Assembly: GCF_963921235.1 (NCBI RefSeq)
Contig: NC_086097.1
Coordinates: forward strand, 7,068,001-7,132,000
From: Mobula hypostoma
Lineage: Eukaryota
Reading direction: 5' to 3'
Length of the DNA: 64,000 nt
Part shown: positions 23,109 to 35,659 of the stretch, one piece after another
Layout of the letters: every line of letters begins with the position of its first letter
How positions within the stretch are numbered: position 1 is the stretch's first letter
Translations under genes and position numbers: made by a program
The notes under the pieces: generated by a model
What the model was told of the DNA's origin: nothing
Database searches by the model: none
What the model saw: only the letters and a program-made list of their open reading frames with translations

Positions 23109-24088
23109 CACTCAGTGTTCCCTTTATTAGGTCCCTCCACCTGGTCTTCATGGAACTTCATGGTGTTCTGCTGCTGTACCCATTCACTTCGCAGCTCGGT
23201 GTGTTGTGCGTTCAGAAATGTTCTTCTACACAGCACTGTTATTCTCATATTCCTGTCAGCTTGGGAACCAGTCTGGCCATTCATCTTTGAACTCTCCCAT
23301 GAACAGGGCATTTTATAGAACTGCCACTCACTGGATGTTTGCACCATTCTCTATAAATACTAGAGGCTGTTGTGTGTGAAAATCCCAGGAGATGAGATGC
23401 TCAAGCCATAAGACCATAAGATAGAGGAGCAGAAGTGGGCCATTCGGCCCATCGAGTCTGCTCCGCCATTCAATTATTGGATGATCCAATTCTTCCAGTC
23501 ATCCCCACAACCCTGCCTTCTCCCCATACCCTTTGATACCCTGGCTAATCAAGAACCTATCTATCTCTGCCTTAAATACACCCAGTGACTTGGCCCCCAC
23601 AGCCACTCGTGGCAACAAATTCCACAGATTTACCACCCTCTGACTGAAGTAATTTCTCCGCATCTCAGTTCTAAATGGACGTCCTTCAATCCTGAAGTTG
23701 TGCCCCGTTGTCCTAGACTCCTCTACCATGGGAAATAACTTTGCCTTATCTAATCTGTTCTGGCCTTTTCCCATTCAGAAAGTTTCTATGAGATCCCCCC
23801 TCATTTTCCTGAACTCCAGGGAATATAGCCCAAGAGCTGACAGACATTCCTCATACAGTAACCCTTTCATTCCTGGATGAAGGAACCCTGTGTGGCATCA
23901 AGAACCATTCCAAAGTCACATAGATCACATTTCTCTCCCATTCTGATGTGTGTTGTGAGCAACAGCTGAGTCTCTTGACCATCTCCGCATCCTTTTATGC
24001 AATGAGTTGCTGTCATATGACAGGCTGATTGAATATTTACATTGATGAGCAGATGTACGTGTGTACCTAATAAAGTGGCTACTAAGCA
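23109..24088 (-). mobile_element. Non-autonomous Tc1/mariner element with TIRs and TA flanks, interrupted by a CR1 fragment
   Basis: TA|CACTCAGTGTTCCCTTTATTAGGT at the left end and ACCTAATAAAGTGGCTACTAAGCA|TA at the right end. Relic MGEKCDLCDF. Confidence 0.75.
23408..23877 (-). mobile_element. CR1/HER1-type LINE 3' end
   Basis: ORF 23499-23774 (TTGHNFRIEGRPFRTEMRRNYFSQRVVNLWN) and a (TATGGTCT)n tail. Confidence 0.9.
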
Positions 24089-25304
24089 TATATATACAGT
24101 AAACAAGAACATTAAGATTATAAGCAAGAATAGGACATCTGATAATTGAGACTGGTCCATCAACCATTAACATCATGGCTGATTTTCTACCCCAATTCCG
24201 TTTTCCTGCACAATCCATTAATATCCATTATTCTATCAATTTCGATCTTGAATGAACCCAGTGATTGAGCAGCCTTCCAGGTTAAAGAACCCAAATACTA
24301 CTGCCTGCTGATTGAAGAAATTGCTTTTCATCTCTGTCTGAAATGAGCTGCCTCTTATATATCTCCCCAGGAAAAAGCATCTTCCTCACACTAACTTTAT
24401 CGAGTCCTGTAGCAATTTTGCAAGTTTTAATAAGATCTCCTCTCATTCCATTGAGTGCAGACAATTTAATCCTATTTGCCATGACAGTAATCAGTCTAGT
24501 AATTCTTTCCTTGCACTTTTTAAATGGCAAAGGCCTGATTTTAATAGTATTACATGGCTCTTTAAGTACATTGGACATCTTGACAACTCATAGTGTACAA
24601 TCTAACTTTACAGGTCTTCAAAGAAAATCAGTTTAAAAAACTACAATGACATGCACTTTGGGATCATTAGCAAAATTGTTTGAGTGCTCTCTGGGAAATG
24701 AACTTCCAGTTTTCCGACATCATTTGTTATTAACTGCTAGTGAAATGGAAACTCCTGAAATTCAGCTGCAGTGCCATCACCAAGCTGTGCAATCTGAAGT
24801 TCAAAATTGAAAGTAAATTTATTACTAATATACATACATGTCACTATATACTGTACAACCCTAGGTTTGTTTTCATTTTCTTGCAGGCATCCACAGTTAA
24901 TATAAGAAACACAATTAACAGGGGTTCCTGACCTTTTATAGGCCATGGACCCCTACAATTATCCAAGGAGTTCGTGGACCCCAAGAGGAACCCTAATAGG
25001 ACGGATAACAACCAATGTGCAAAAACTATGCAAATACAAAACAAGGGAAGAAACGAAGTAATAGTAATAAATAAATAGCAATAAATATCGAGAAAAATTG
25101 TTTTTGAGTGCTAGAAAATGAGTCCATAGGTTCTGGAAACAGTTCAGTGATGGGGTGAGTGAAGTTGAGTGAAGTTATCCCCTCTTGTTCGAGAGCCTGA
25201 TGGTTGAGGGTTAAAAACTGTTCCTGAACCTGGTGGTGTAGGTCCTGAGGCTCCTGTACCTCATTCCTGATGACAGCAGTGAGAAGAGAGCATAGCCTGG
25301 GTAA

Positions 25305-25400
25305 CATACAAAAATTGCTGGAGGAGCTCAGCGGGCCAGGCAGCATCAATGGGAAAAATTACGGTTGACGTTTCAAGCCGAGACCCTTCGGCACGACTGG
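25305..25400 (-). mobile_element. Penelope-derived arm with degenerate hammerhead
   Basis: Minus strand reads CAGTC-GTGCCGA-AGGGTCTCGGCTT-GAAACGTC-AACCG, followed by GATGCTGCCTGG...GAGCTCCTCCAGC. Confidence 0.6.
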
Positions 25401-25669
25401 AGAGAAAAATCCTGGGTGGTGGTTGTCCTTGATGATGAATGCTGCTTTCCTGCAACTGTGTTCCGTGTAGATGTGTTCTATAGTGGGTAGGGTTTTACAG
25501 GTGATGGACTGGGCTGCATCCACTGCTTCAATGTCACTGACGGTAACAAGTGCAAGGAGAAAGCTCACTTTTAAATAAAAATTTACAGGTGAAGACAGGA
25601 ATATACACATACAATTACAGTAAGAGCTAATATTTAATTTAAAAACTTTAATTAAAGAAAGCAATACCC

Positions 25670-25805
25670 TGCCCCATTCCTTTCTAATCCTGATGAAGGA
25701 TCTCGACCTAAAATGTCGATTGTTTATTCCCTGACCGTAGAAGCTGCTTGACTTGCTGAGTTCCTCCAGCATTTTGAGTGTGCTGCTCTGTATTTCCAGC
25801 ATCCA
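25670..25805 (+). mobile_element. Penelope-derived arm with degenerate hammerhead
   Basis: TAATC-CTGATGA-AGGATCTCGACCT-AAAATGTC-GATTG, followed by GCTGAGTTCCTCCAGCATTTTG. Confidence 0.6.
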
Positions 25806-28455
25806 TGGAATGTCTTCTGCAAATAATATTCTAATACAGTTTTAAAGGAATTAAAACTGAAACATAATCTTCGCAGAGCCAGAGAGTTTGTTAAGCAGTG
25901 CACAACATTACTACACTGCCCCATACAACAAAGTGGAATAGTTTGAGGGCAGTTTTCAGTGAGTACAGATCATGCATTCCTGAAGTTGTTGTCAATTCTC
26001 TGATTTCAGGAGATTACACTTGAGAGGGGTGAAAACAGCACGCCCTGTGGAAGAGCAGAGAATTAGAGTAACTTCTGGATTTTCATGTTTGACCACATGT
26101 GTAAATTCCCAAGGTTGTTCTCAGTTTCAGGTGTAATAGCCGCAGGCAGTTTCATTGGTAACATCTAGGCTGATTAATGGTTCATGTCAGGTGGAGAGGG
26201 GAGAGACAGTGTAAGTTAATTTGTTAAGGTGATCTCACCTGTACTCTGATGAATACATCAATTAGAGAGTTACTGCAGAGTAAAGAATTCTTACCCCTTG
26301 GCAATAAAGTGAACGAATAGACCAAGATCAACTAAGTTTGTGATATTAATTAAACTTTTTTAATACAATTGATAATGGCTGGGGTCACCCGTCTTGAAAA
26401 GACACTGCCCAGAAGAAGACAATGGCAAACTGCTCCTGTAGAAAAAATTGCCAAGAACAAACATGGTCATGGAACGACCATGATCGCCCTCATCATATGA
26501 CATGGCACATAATGATAATGATGGGTGTGATAAGATGGACCCTTGATCTCACAATCCAACTTGTTACAAGATCATAAGATATAGCACAGAATTAGGTGAT
26601 GGCACATAGGTTTATTTTTTAAGGTTTATTCTTGATATCCTAGCAGCACTTTATAAAAATATGCTGATTTATCAGATAAATAATATTGAGGTTGAGAGAG
26701 CTCAGAGATTCAAGTTACTAGTTGTGAAGTTACTGTAGCTTGTCCTGGTCCAACCACGTAGATGTTATATCCAAGAAGCTCACCAACTCTTCTCCATCCT
26801 CAGAAGGCTAAAGAAATTTGGCATATCCCCATCGACCCTTACTAATTTTTATCAGTGTATTGTAAAACGATTTTGCCCACTTAATGGGTTGGTAAAGCAA
26901 CTGTTCTCACATGACTGCAAGAAACTGCAGAGAGCTGTGGACACAGGTCAGCACATCAGACCAGCCTCTCCTCCGTAGTCTCTGTCTGTGCTTCTTGTTG
27001 AATCAGTAAAGCAGCCAGCATATTCAAAGTCCCGTCCACCCGGGATGTTCTCTCTTCTCCTCGCTCCCATTCGAAGATACAACAGCTTGAAATCACTTAC
27101 CATCAGTCTCAAGGACAGCTTCTACCCCACTATGGTAAGACTATTAAATAGTTCCCTAGTACAATAAATTGGACTTTTGATCTCACGATCTACCTGGTTC
27201 TGATCTTGCACCTTATTGTTTACCTGCACTGCACTTTCTATGAAACTGTTATATTTTATTTCATACTGTTATTGTTTTACTGTGATTTACATCAATGCAC
27301 GGTGCAATGATCTGCTCTGTATGAATAGGATTCAAGGTGATTCATGTGAAAATAATAAACCAATTCCAATAGCAAAACATAAATTTTCGTCTCCGTCAGG
27401 GGTTCCCAACCTGGGGTCCATGGATCCCTTGGTTAATGGTGATGAAAAAGGTTGGGAACACCAATCTCCATCAACCATGATGGAATGGCAGAACAGACTC
27501 AATGGGCCGAGTGGCCTGAAATCTGCTCCTATGTTTAATAGTCTTATGATCTTATTATTTGCAAAGAAAGTTAATACACTGTTATCGTTTAAAGTTATGC
27601 ACTGACACAATAGGTAAGGGCATTCCTGAAATAAAAGGTTGGCAAATTCAGCACATAGACTCTCCGGGGTGGCAAGGTGGGAATATATCTCTACCAAAGG
27701 AGGTGTAATGTGCTCCTTCCCTCTGCTAGCCTAAAGGTGACCCTTGGCCAAGGTGTAATACCTGCTTAAACCCCCAGTCAGGGTCACATGAAGCCATGGG
27801 AGCAGATGGATGGTTGTATGAGCAGATGGTGCATATCACAAGTCCTGGTTATGTGACACTGTCTGTGCATAATGTGATTGACAGGAAATGATAAAGTAGT
27901 GGTGTTTGAGGGTGTTTGTTGGTGGATTAGTGGGTGGAGGTGTTGATCATTCTTGCTGCTTGGGGAAAGTAACTGTTTTTGAGACTGGTGGTCCTTGGGT
28001 GGATGTTACATAGTCTCCTCCCTGATGGGACTGGGACAAACAGTCTATGATCAGGATGGGTGGGATCCTTCATGATATTGCGAGCCTTTTTTCTCTGGCA
28101 TCTTTCTTTATATATGTCCTTGTGATTGTACTGCAAGTTCTGTTGACTTGGCTTCATGATCAAATAGCCGCCTACTTCATTGTCCTTGAAGTATGATGAC
28201 GAGAGCAATGGATGATAGTTTCTGAAAGTACACCAAAAGTAATTCAGTTCAGCAAACTGTTAATTGAAAAAAGAAGTTTCATAAAACACTTGCATAAATC
28301 AGTCAGTGTATTTTTCAAAACACTTCTCAATACAGTTTGTGAGTTAGGAAAGTCTGAATAATTACTTTTATTATATGGTGCTTGAAGATTATCTAGCTGG
28401 AAGCTATGCTACTTAATAATTATGAAGGTTCATGATTGCTTAAGTATTCAAGATA

Positions 28456-29328
28456 CAGTACTGTGCAAATGTCTTAGGCACATATATATAGCTAGTGTGT
28501 CTAAGACTTTTGCACAGTGCTGTACTTGTCAACGTGGAGTGGAGGGCAAGTTCGTAAATCTGGCAGAAGTAAAGGATGTTAGGAATGGCAGGGGTGGAGC
28601 GCCAAGGGAGGGGTGTGGAACAGATGGCAGAGAAAGAGTGCCAGGGATGGGCGTGGAGTGAGTACAGACAGAGCCAGCCCTGAGACATTAGGCAAGGTCA
28701 TTTGATTGCAAACAATTGGTTTATTGATCATTACAGAAGGTCTCTCTGGTGCTTCCCACTCCCTTCCCTCTCCCTTTCCCTTTTCCCAAACATGATTCCC
28801 TTCTCCCTACCCCCTTCCCACTCTCAGCCCACAAAAGAGACTCATATCTATATCTGATTTATCATCACTCACATAGGTCATGAAATTTGCTTTTTTTTCC
28901 AATTCAGTTCAATGTTAATTGTCATTCATCCGTACATGAATACTCATGAATACAGGTAAATGAAAGAGTGTTACTCTGGGGTCAAGGTGCAAAGCACAGT
29001 ACCACCAGTCACACACAGCACAAAACACACAGAAGATAACAAGCGCACGTGGTATCACAATCACGCAGTAAGAGACCAAAACTCAATCCAAGTCAATCAA
29101 CGGTCAACCAGAATACAGCCCGTCTCCCACTGAGCGAACACTGGGGGGCAGCACTGATTCCATCCTGGACGTCACTCCACACCGCCCCTGGTGGAATGCG
29201 CCAGTTATAACACTCCTGTTGTTGTGGAAACAGTATAGAGGAATACATAAACTTACCACAGTACTGTGCAAAAATCTAAGGCACCCTAGCTATATATATG
29301 TGGTTAAGACTTTTACATAGTACAGTGT
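28456..29328 (+). mobile_element. Composite Tc1-type MITE whose ends are each a palindromic mini-MITE; contains a SINE-like insertion at about 28900-29220
   Basis: 28456-28524 CAGTACTGTGCAAATGTCTTAGGCAC...CTAAGACTTTTGCACAGTGCTG, with an inverted counterpart at 29258-29328. Confidence 0.65.
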
Positions 29329-29408
29329 GTACTTCAGAAGGCCTGTGTGGCTTTAATACATTTGAAAGTCAAGCAAGCTTTTCTGTGTCTGAGAACCCAA
29401 CCTTAAAG

Positions 29409-30610
29409 TTGATGTTGTATATTTGGATTTTCAGAAGGCCTTTGACAAGGTGCCACACATGAGGCTACTTAACAAGATAAGAGCCCATGGAATTACAGGA
29501 AAGTTACATACGTGGATAGAGTGTTGGCTGATTGGCAGGAAACAGAGAGTGGGAATAAAGGGATCCTATTCTGGTTGGCTGCCGGTTGCCAGTGGTGTTC
29601 TACAGGGGTCCGTGTTGGGGCCGCTTCTTTTTACATCAACGATTTGGATTATGGAATAGATGGCTTTGTGGCTAAGTTTGCTGATGATACGAAGATAGGT
29701 GGAGGCGCCAGTAGTGCTGAGGAAATGGAGAGTCTGCAGAGAGACTTGGATAGATTGGAAGAATGGGCAAAGAAGTGGCAAATGAAATACAATGTTGGAA
29801 AGTGTATGGTTATGCACTTTGGCAGAAGAAATAAATGGGCAGACTATTATTTAAATGGGGAAAGAATTCAAAGTTCTGAGATGCAACGGGACTTGGGAGT
29901 CCTTGTACAGGATACCCTTAAGGTTAACCTCCGGGTTGAGTCGGTAGTGAAGAAGGCGAATGCAATGTTGGCATTCATTTCTAGAGGAATAGAGTATAGG
30001 AGCAGGGATGTGATGTTGAGGCTCTATAAGGCGCTGGTGAGACCTCACCTGGAGTACTGTGGGCAGTTTTGGTCTCCTTATTTAAGAAAGGATGTGCTGA
30101 CATTGGAGAGGGTACAGAGAAGATTCACTAGAATGATTCCGGGAATGAGAGGGTTAACATATAAGGAATGTTTGTCTGCTCTTGGACTGTATTTCTTGGA
30201 GTTTAGAAGAATAAGGGGAGACCTCATAGAAACATTTCGAATGTTGAAAGGCATGGACAGAGTGGATGTGGCAAAGTTGTGTCCCATGATGCTGGAGTCT
30301 AGTACGAGAGGGCATGACTTAAGGATTGAAGGGCGCCCATTCAGAACAAAAATGCAAAGAAATTTTTTTAGCCAGAGGGTGGTGAATCTATGGAATTTGT
30401 TGCCACGGGTGGCAGTGGAGGCCAAGTCATTGGGCATATTTAAGGCAGAGATTGATAGGTATCTGAGTAGCCAGGGCATCAAAGGTTATGGTGAGAAGGC
30501 GGGGAAGTGGGACTAAATGAGAGAATGGATCAGCTCATGATAAAATGGCGGAGCAGACTTGATGGGCTGAATGGCCGACTTCTGCTTCTTTGTCTTATAG
30601 TCTTCTGGTC
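29409..30610 (+). mobile_element. CR1/HER1-type LINE ORF2 3' part (reverse transcriptase), one frameshift
   Basis: DFQKAFDKVPH, GVLQGSVLGPLLF, frameshift near 29630, then YINDL...KFADDTK...RDLGV...YKALVRPHLEY...FFSQRVVNLWN. Confidence 0.95.
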
Positions 30611-31233
30611 TAAAGTGGAGTACTATAATGGCACTGCTTATATTGGACAAGTCCTCTGGAAGTTGAGTGCATTGTGCCATTGTGGAGTAAATAGTGCAGA
30701 AGAAATTCCCTGCAGCCAAATTCAATAGAGTTCAATTTGCTGGCGAGTTGACTGCTAGTCGTGCTGTCTGTTCCAAATGAACACTTGGCTCACAGATGAG
30801 CTTCCCCTGCTCTTTGATTGCATTCCGATGCAAAGTAAATGTGTAGATGCACAGTTATCCAACTGACTTGAAACATAGATGGAAGTGGAGCCAGGCCCAC
30901 TTATCACACAGATGGTGCTTGGCTTTATTCAGTTCCAGGTGCTCCTGCTCTTTGCCACCTTGCGTCTGATCTGTCCAATATCATCTCATGAGCAATCTGG
31001 CATGCTACGTTTTGGCACTGGTGTACTTTATTTATTCTTTTCTGCTTCTGTTCCAACTTACCTTACACGGTGTCCTTTTATTTTTTTTTATCCTCAGTCC
31101 TTTCTCATCTGCTTGGGTCTTAGCTGATTTGGCTGCAGTTGTTTTTCCTTTATCCCTTTAACCTCTGGAGGTTCCTTTCTCCATTGTTTACTCAGTTGTT
31201 CCAATTCTAGTATCAATTCTCAGGTCCTTTAAC

Positions 31234-31598
31234 ACGGTGGTGTCTGAAAAGAGGATGCTGTCCAAGTTGCATGCCATCTTGGACAATGTCTCCCATCCAC
31301 TACATAATGTACTGGTTGGGCACAGGAGTACATTCAGCCAGAGACTCATTCCACCGAGATGCAACACTGAGCGTCATAGGAAGTCATTCCTGCCTGTGGC
31401 CATCAAACTTTACAACTCCTCCCTTGGAGGGTCAGACACCCTGAGCCAATAGGCTGGTTCTGGACTTATTTCCTGGCATAATTTACATATTGCTATTTAA
31501 CTATTTATGGTTTTATTACTATTTAATTATTTATGGTGCAACTGTAACGAAAACCAATTTCCCCCGGGATCAATAAAGTATGACTATGACTATGACTA
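31234..31598 (+). mobile_element. Young Rex1-clade LINE 3' end with (ATGACT)n tail
   Basis: ORF 31237-31452 shares the C-terminus GGSDTLSQ with the other young copies. AATAAAGTATGACTATGACT tail. Confidence 0.9.
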
Positions 31599-32185
31599 AT
31601 TCTTGTATTCATAATTGCTAATGACATGATGCTATATGAAGAACTAATAGAGAAAGAAGAGAAAACACAAGACAAGAAATGAAAGTATGAGGCAGGAAGG
31701 GACAGCACACTCTGCAATAAGGTGAGAAATACTGGATGTTTAATACCATTGTGCTGACAAGTGCCACAATTTGTTTTGATCCCCAGGTATGTCTCTGCAT
31801 TTGTTCTTGAATAATGAACATTTTATGCTCAAACTCCACTGACTCCTCCTTACATTTCTTACTTTACTCTTTTATGAAATGCTTTCATTTACAGTAATTT
31901 TAAATCCCTCTGTTCAATTATCTCCATTTTTACAAACCTCTCTTTTTCTCGCCCTCCTCCTGTGTTTCTCTCAGTCCAAAATTCCTCTATGCATCATTGT
32001 TTTCTATTCGTTCAAAGTTCAAAGTACATATTTGTCACCGTGTACAACCCCGAGTTTCGATTTCTTGCAGGCATTCTCGCTAAATCCAAGAATTAAATCG
32101 AATCAATGAAAGACCGCACCGAATAGGAAAGACAAACAATCAATGTGCAAAGGCAACCAACTATGCAAATACAAAAATAAATAAA

Positions 32186-32550
32186 TTACTTACTTGCAGC
32201 CGTTACGCCGCTGACATTTAGGGCAGCAATAAAGGTCCTCTATCTCTGGCTGTGTTCAGGGCTTCCTTTATCATGTCTGTAGCTTCCTCTTGGTTTTCAC
32301 TTCTGACAGTCATAGAAGTCCTGGACCGAGACTCAGGAATACCATCACACTCAGATGTAGATGGATTTTTCATTGTTGTCTCTGTAACAATTTTGTTTGT
32401 AGCCCCGAGCTGAACCTCTGACTCCGGAGGACTAGTGGACCACTCTTTGTCTGACCTTTACCCTTTGACCTGTTTGGTATATGTGACCCTATCAAGAGCC
32501 AAAGCATAAAGCCCTGATACCAGCTAGCATAGCTCTCCAGGTCATTGAGG
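32186..32550 (-). mobile_element. RTE (Rex3/Expander-like) bipartite non-autonomous element; second copy at about 61612-61950
   Basis: Minus strand has CAATGACC...GAGCTATG...TAGGGTCAC (RTE 5'UTR-like), joined to an RTE-type 3' end ...GCTGCCCTAAATG...TAAGTAA. Confidence 0.6.
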
Positions 32551-32817
32551 TTGTGGTCCTCTTGGAGGAATAATAAGTTAATAAGCAATAAATATTGGGA
32601 ACATGAGATAAGAGTCCTTGAAAATTAGTCCATAGATGCAGAACAGTTTAGTGATGAGGCAGGTGAAGTTGAGTGCTTATCCCCATTGGTTCAAGAGCCT
32701 CATGGTTGAGGAGTAATAACTGTTTCTGAACCTGGTGGTGTAGGTCCTAAGGCTCCTGTACCTTCTCCCTGTTGGGATCATTCACAAAAGTGGACTTTGC
32801 TCACTTCACTAGAGTAG

Positions 32818-33780
32818 CATTTTACGATGTATGTCAATAATTTGGACTAAGGTAATAATGGATTTGTGGCTAAATTTGCTGATGATACAAAGATAGGTGA
32901 AGGAGCAGGTAGTGTTGAGGAAACAGCGCCTGCAGAGAGACTTAAATAGTTAGGGGAATGGGCAAAGAAGTGGCAAATGAGATACAATGTTGGGAAGTGT
33001 TTGGTCATGCACCTTGGTGGAAGAAATAAACGGGCATACTATTATTTAGATGGGGAGAGAATTTAAAATTCAGAGATGCAAAGGGACTTGGGGGTCCTTG
33101 TGCAGGATACCCTAAAGGTTAACCTCCAGGTTGAGTCAGTGGTGAAGAAGGCGAATGCAATGTTGACATTCATTTCTAGAGGTATAGAATATAAGAGCAG
33201 GGATGTGATGTTGATGCTCTGTAAGGCACTTGTGAGACCACACTTAGAGTATTGTGTGCAGTTTTGGGGTCCTTATTTTAGGAAGGATATACTGACATTA
33301 GAAAGGTTTCAGAGAAGATTCACAAGAATGATTCCAGGAATGAAAGGGTTACCATACGAGGAATGTCTGGCAGCTCTTGGGCTGGAGTTCAGGAGAATGA
33401 GGGGGGGATCTCATAGAAACATTCCGACTGTTAAACCTGAACAGATTAGATATGGCAAAGTTATTTCCCATGGTAGGGGATTCTAGGACAAGAAAGCACA
33501 ATGTCAGGATTGAAGGACGTCCATTTAGAACTGAGAGGAGGAAAAATTACTTTCGTCAGAGGATGGTAAATCTGAGGAATTTGTTGCTGCGAGTGGATGT
33601 GGAGGCCAAGTCATTGGGTGTATTTAAGGCAGAGATAGATAGGTTCTTGATTAGCCAGGGCATCAAAGGGTGAAAGCAGGGGAGTGATGATGACTGGAAG
33701 AATTGGATCAGCCCGATTGAATGGCACAACAGACTCAATGGGCCAAATGTCCTACTTCTGCTCCTATATCTTATGGTCTA
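32818..33780 (+). mobile_element. CR1/HER1-type LINE 3' fragment
   Basis: KFADDTK, RDLGVLVQD and ALVRPHLEY motifs with frameshifts, and a TATGGTCT tail. Confidence 0.9.
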
Positions 33781-34996
33781 ATATATTGTCCAACTGTAAT
33801 CAACTGCCGAACTGAACGGTTCACTGGGCTAATAACAATGGGCAGTCAAAAATCATCAATATTGACGTTTCTGAAGCCTCGTTTGGGCCAGACTGGATAA
33901 GAATGGCAGATTTTCTTCACAGGATTTTTCTTCTCTTTTCAACATGATCCCCTTCTCATGATCTCCTCCAACATTGTTTAATGTCATTTCCAGTACGCAA
34001 GCGTAAAGGGAGAACGAGATATTGTTACTCTGGATCTGATGCAGCATTAAAAAAACATAATAAGGTAAAGAACAAACAATAAGTATAAATTCATAAGATA
34101 TCTTATAAACATAGATTAATTATATGTACATAAAGTGATGCTAGGAACAGGAGTGTCTGTACATAAGGTGACTGAAAGGCCATGATAAAGTAATGGCAGT
34201 TGGAGGGTGTGGAGATGTGCATTAGTGGGTGGAGGTGTTGAATAGCCTGACTGCTTCGGGAAAGTAACGTTTTTTGAGTGTGCTGGTCCTGATGTGGATG
34301 CTATGTGGCCTCCTCCCTGATGGGAATGGGACAAACAATCCACGAGCAGGCTAGGTGCCATCCTCCTTGATGTTACTGGCCATCTTCTCATATTATAAAC
34401 ATGAGTCTGTATATAAATACAGTTCGATTATATGTCCTTAAAGTGACGCGAGACACAGGACTGTTTGTACATAAGGTGACTCCGATAGCAAATGATAAAG
34501 AAGTGGTGGGTGGGTGGGGTTGTTGGTGAGCCTTACTGCTTAAGGAAAGTTTTGAGTCTGGTGTGGATGATATGTAGCCTCCTCCCTGAAGGGAATAGGA
34601 TAACCAGCCAATGAGTAGGGTAAGTGAGATCCTGCCTGACGTTGTTAGGCCTTTTACAGCACCTTTTTGTATCTATGTCCTTGATGGCAATTGGGCAGTT
34701 ATGACTACCCATTGCTGATCCTTCCTGTCCATTGCAGTGCAATTTCCATACCATGCAGTGACGTAGCATGCTGGAATTGCTTTCCTCTGCACATCAGTAC
34801 ACAGGCGCAGGTATTTTAATTTCCGCACTAAGCTACTAGTAAAAATATTGCATCTAGTCTTTTGATTTACTTTGAATCTTCAGTGACTGCAGAGGTACTA
34901 ACGTTTTATTTCATAAGAGCTAGCCATTCATTCATACCTTTGCAATTCCAATATGATAGCATATTCTCAGTAGGTGGAATAATATTCATCAATGGT

Positions 34997-35646
34997 ATAG
35001 TCATAGTCATAGTCATACTTTATTGATCCCAGGGGAAATTGGTTTTCGTTACAGTTGCACCATAAATAATAAATAGCAATAGAACCTTAAATAGTTAAAT
35101 AGTAATATGTAAATTATGCCAATAAATTATGAAATAAGTCCAGGACCAGCCTATTGGCTCAGGGTGTCTGACCCTCCAAGGGAGGAGTTGTAAAGTTTGA
35201 TGGCCACCAGCAGGAATGACTTCCTATGATGCTTTGTGTTGCATCTCGGTGGAATGAGTCTCTGGCTGACTGTACTCCTGTGCCCAACCAGTACATTATG
35301 TAGTGGATGGGAGACGTTGACCAAGATGGCATGCAACTTGGACAGCATCCTCTTTTCAGACACCACCGTCAGAGAGTCCAGTTCCATCCCCACAACATCA
35401 CTGGCCTTACGAATGATTTTGTTGATTCTGTTGGTGTCTGCTACCCTCAGCCTGCTGCCCCAGCACACAACAGCAAACATGATAGCACTGGCCACCACAG
35501 ACTCGTAGAACATCCTCAGCTTCGTCCGGCAGATGTTCAAGGACCTCAGTCTCCTCAGGAAATAGAGATGGCTCTGTCCATTCTTGTAGACAGCCTCAGT
35601 GTTCTTTAACCAGTCCAGTTTATTGTCAATTCGTATCCCCAAGTAT
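34997..35646 (-). mobile_element. Young Rex1-clade LINE, 5'-truncated, with (ATGACT)n tail
   Basis: ORF 35151-35672 YLGIRIDNKLDW...LYFLRRLRS...YESVVASAI...GGSDTLSQ. Confidence 0.9.
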
Positions 35647-35659
35647 ACACAGTGTAAAA

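Noticed and set aside
27667..27775. HDV-like ribozyme in the RTE-related head
   Set aside because: A P1-like pairing exists, but P2/P3/L3 cannot be placed in the required order. Kept only as an unclassified structured head.
28190..28225. C/D box snoRNA (ATGATGA...CTGA)
   Set aside because: The boxes are only about 22 nt apart, with no terminal stem or guide.
29512..30516. 334-aa ORF as an intact host gene
   Set aside because: It is the 5'-truncated CR1 ORF2 C-terminus, and its first 40 or so residues are out of frame.
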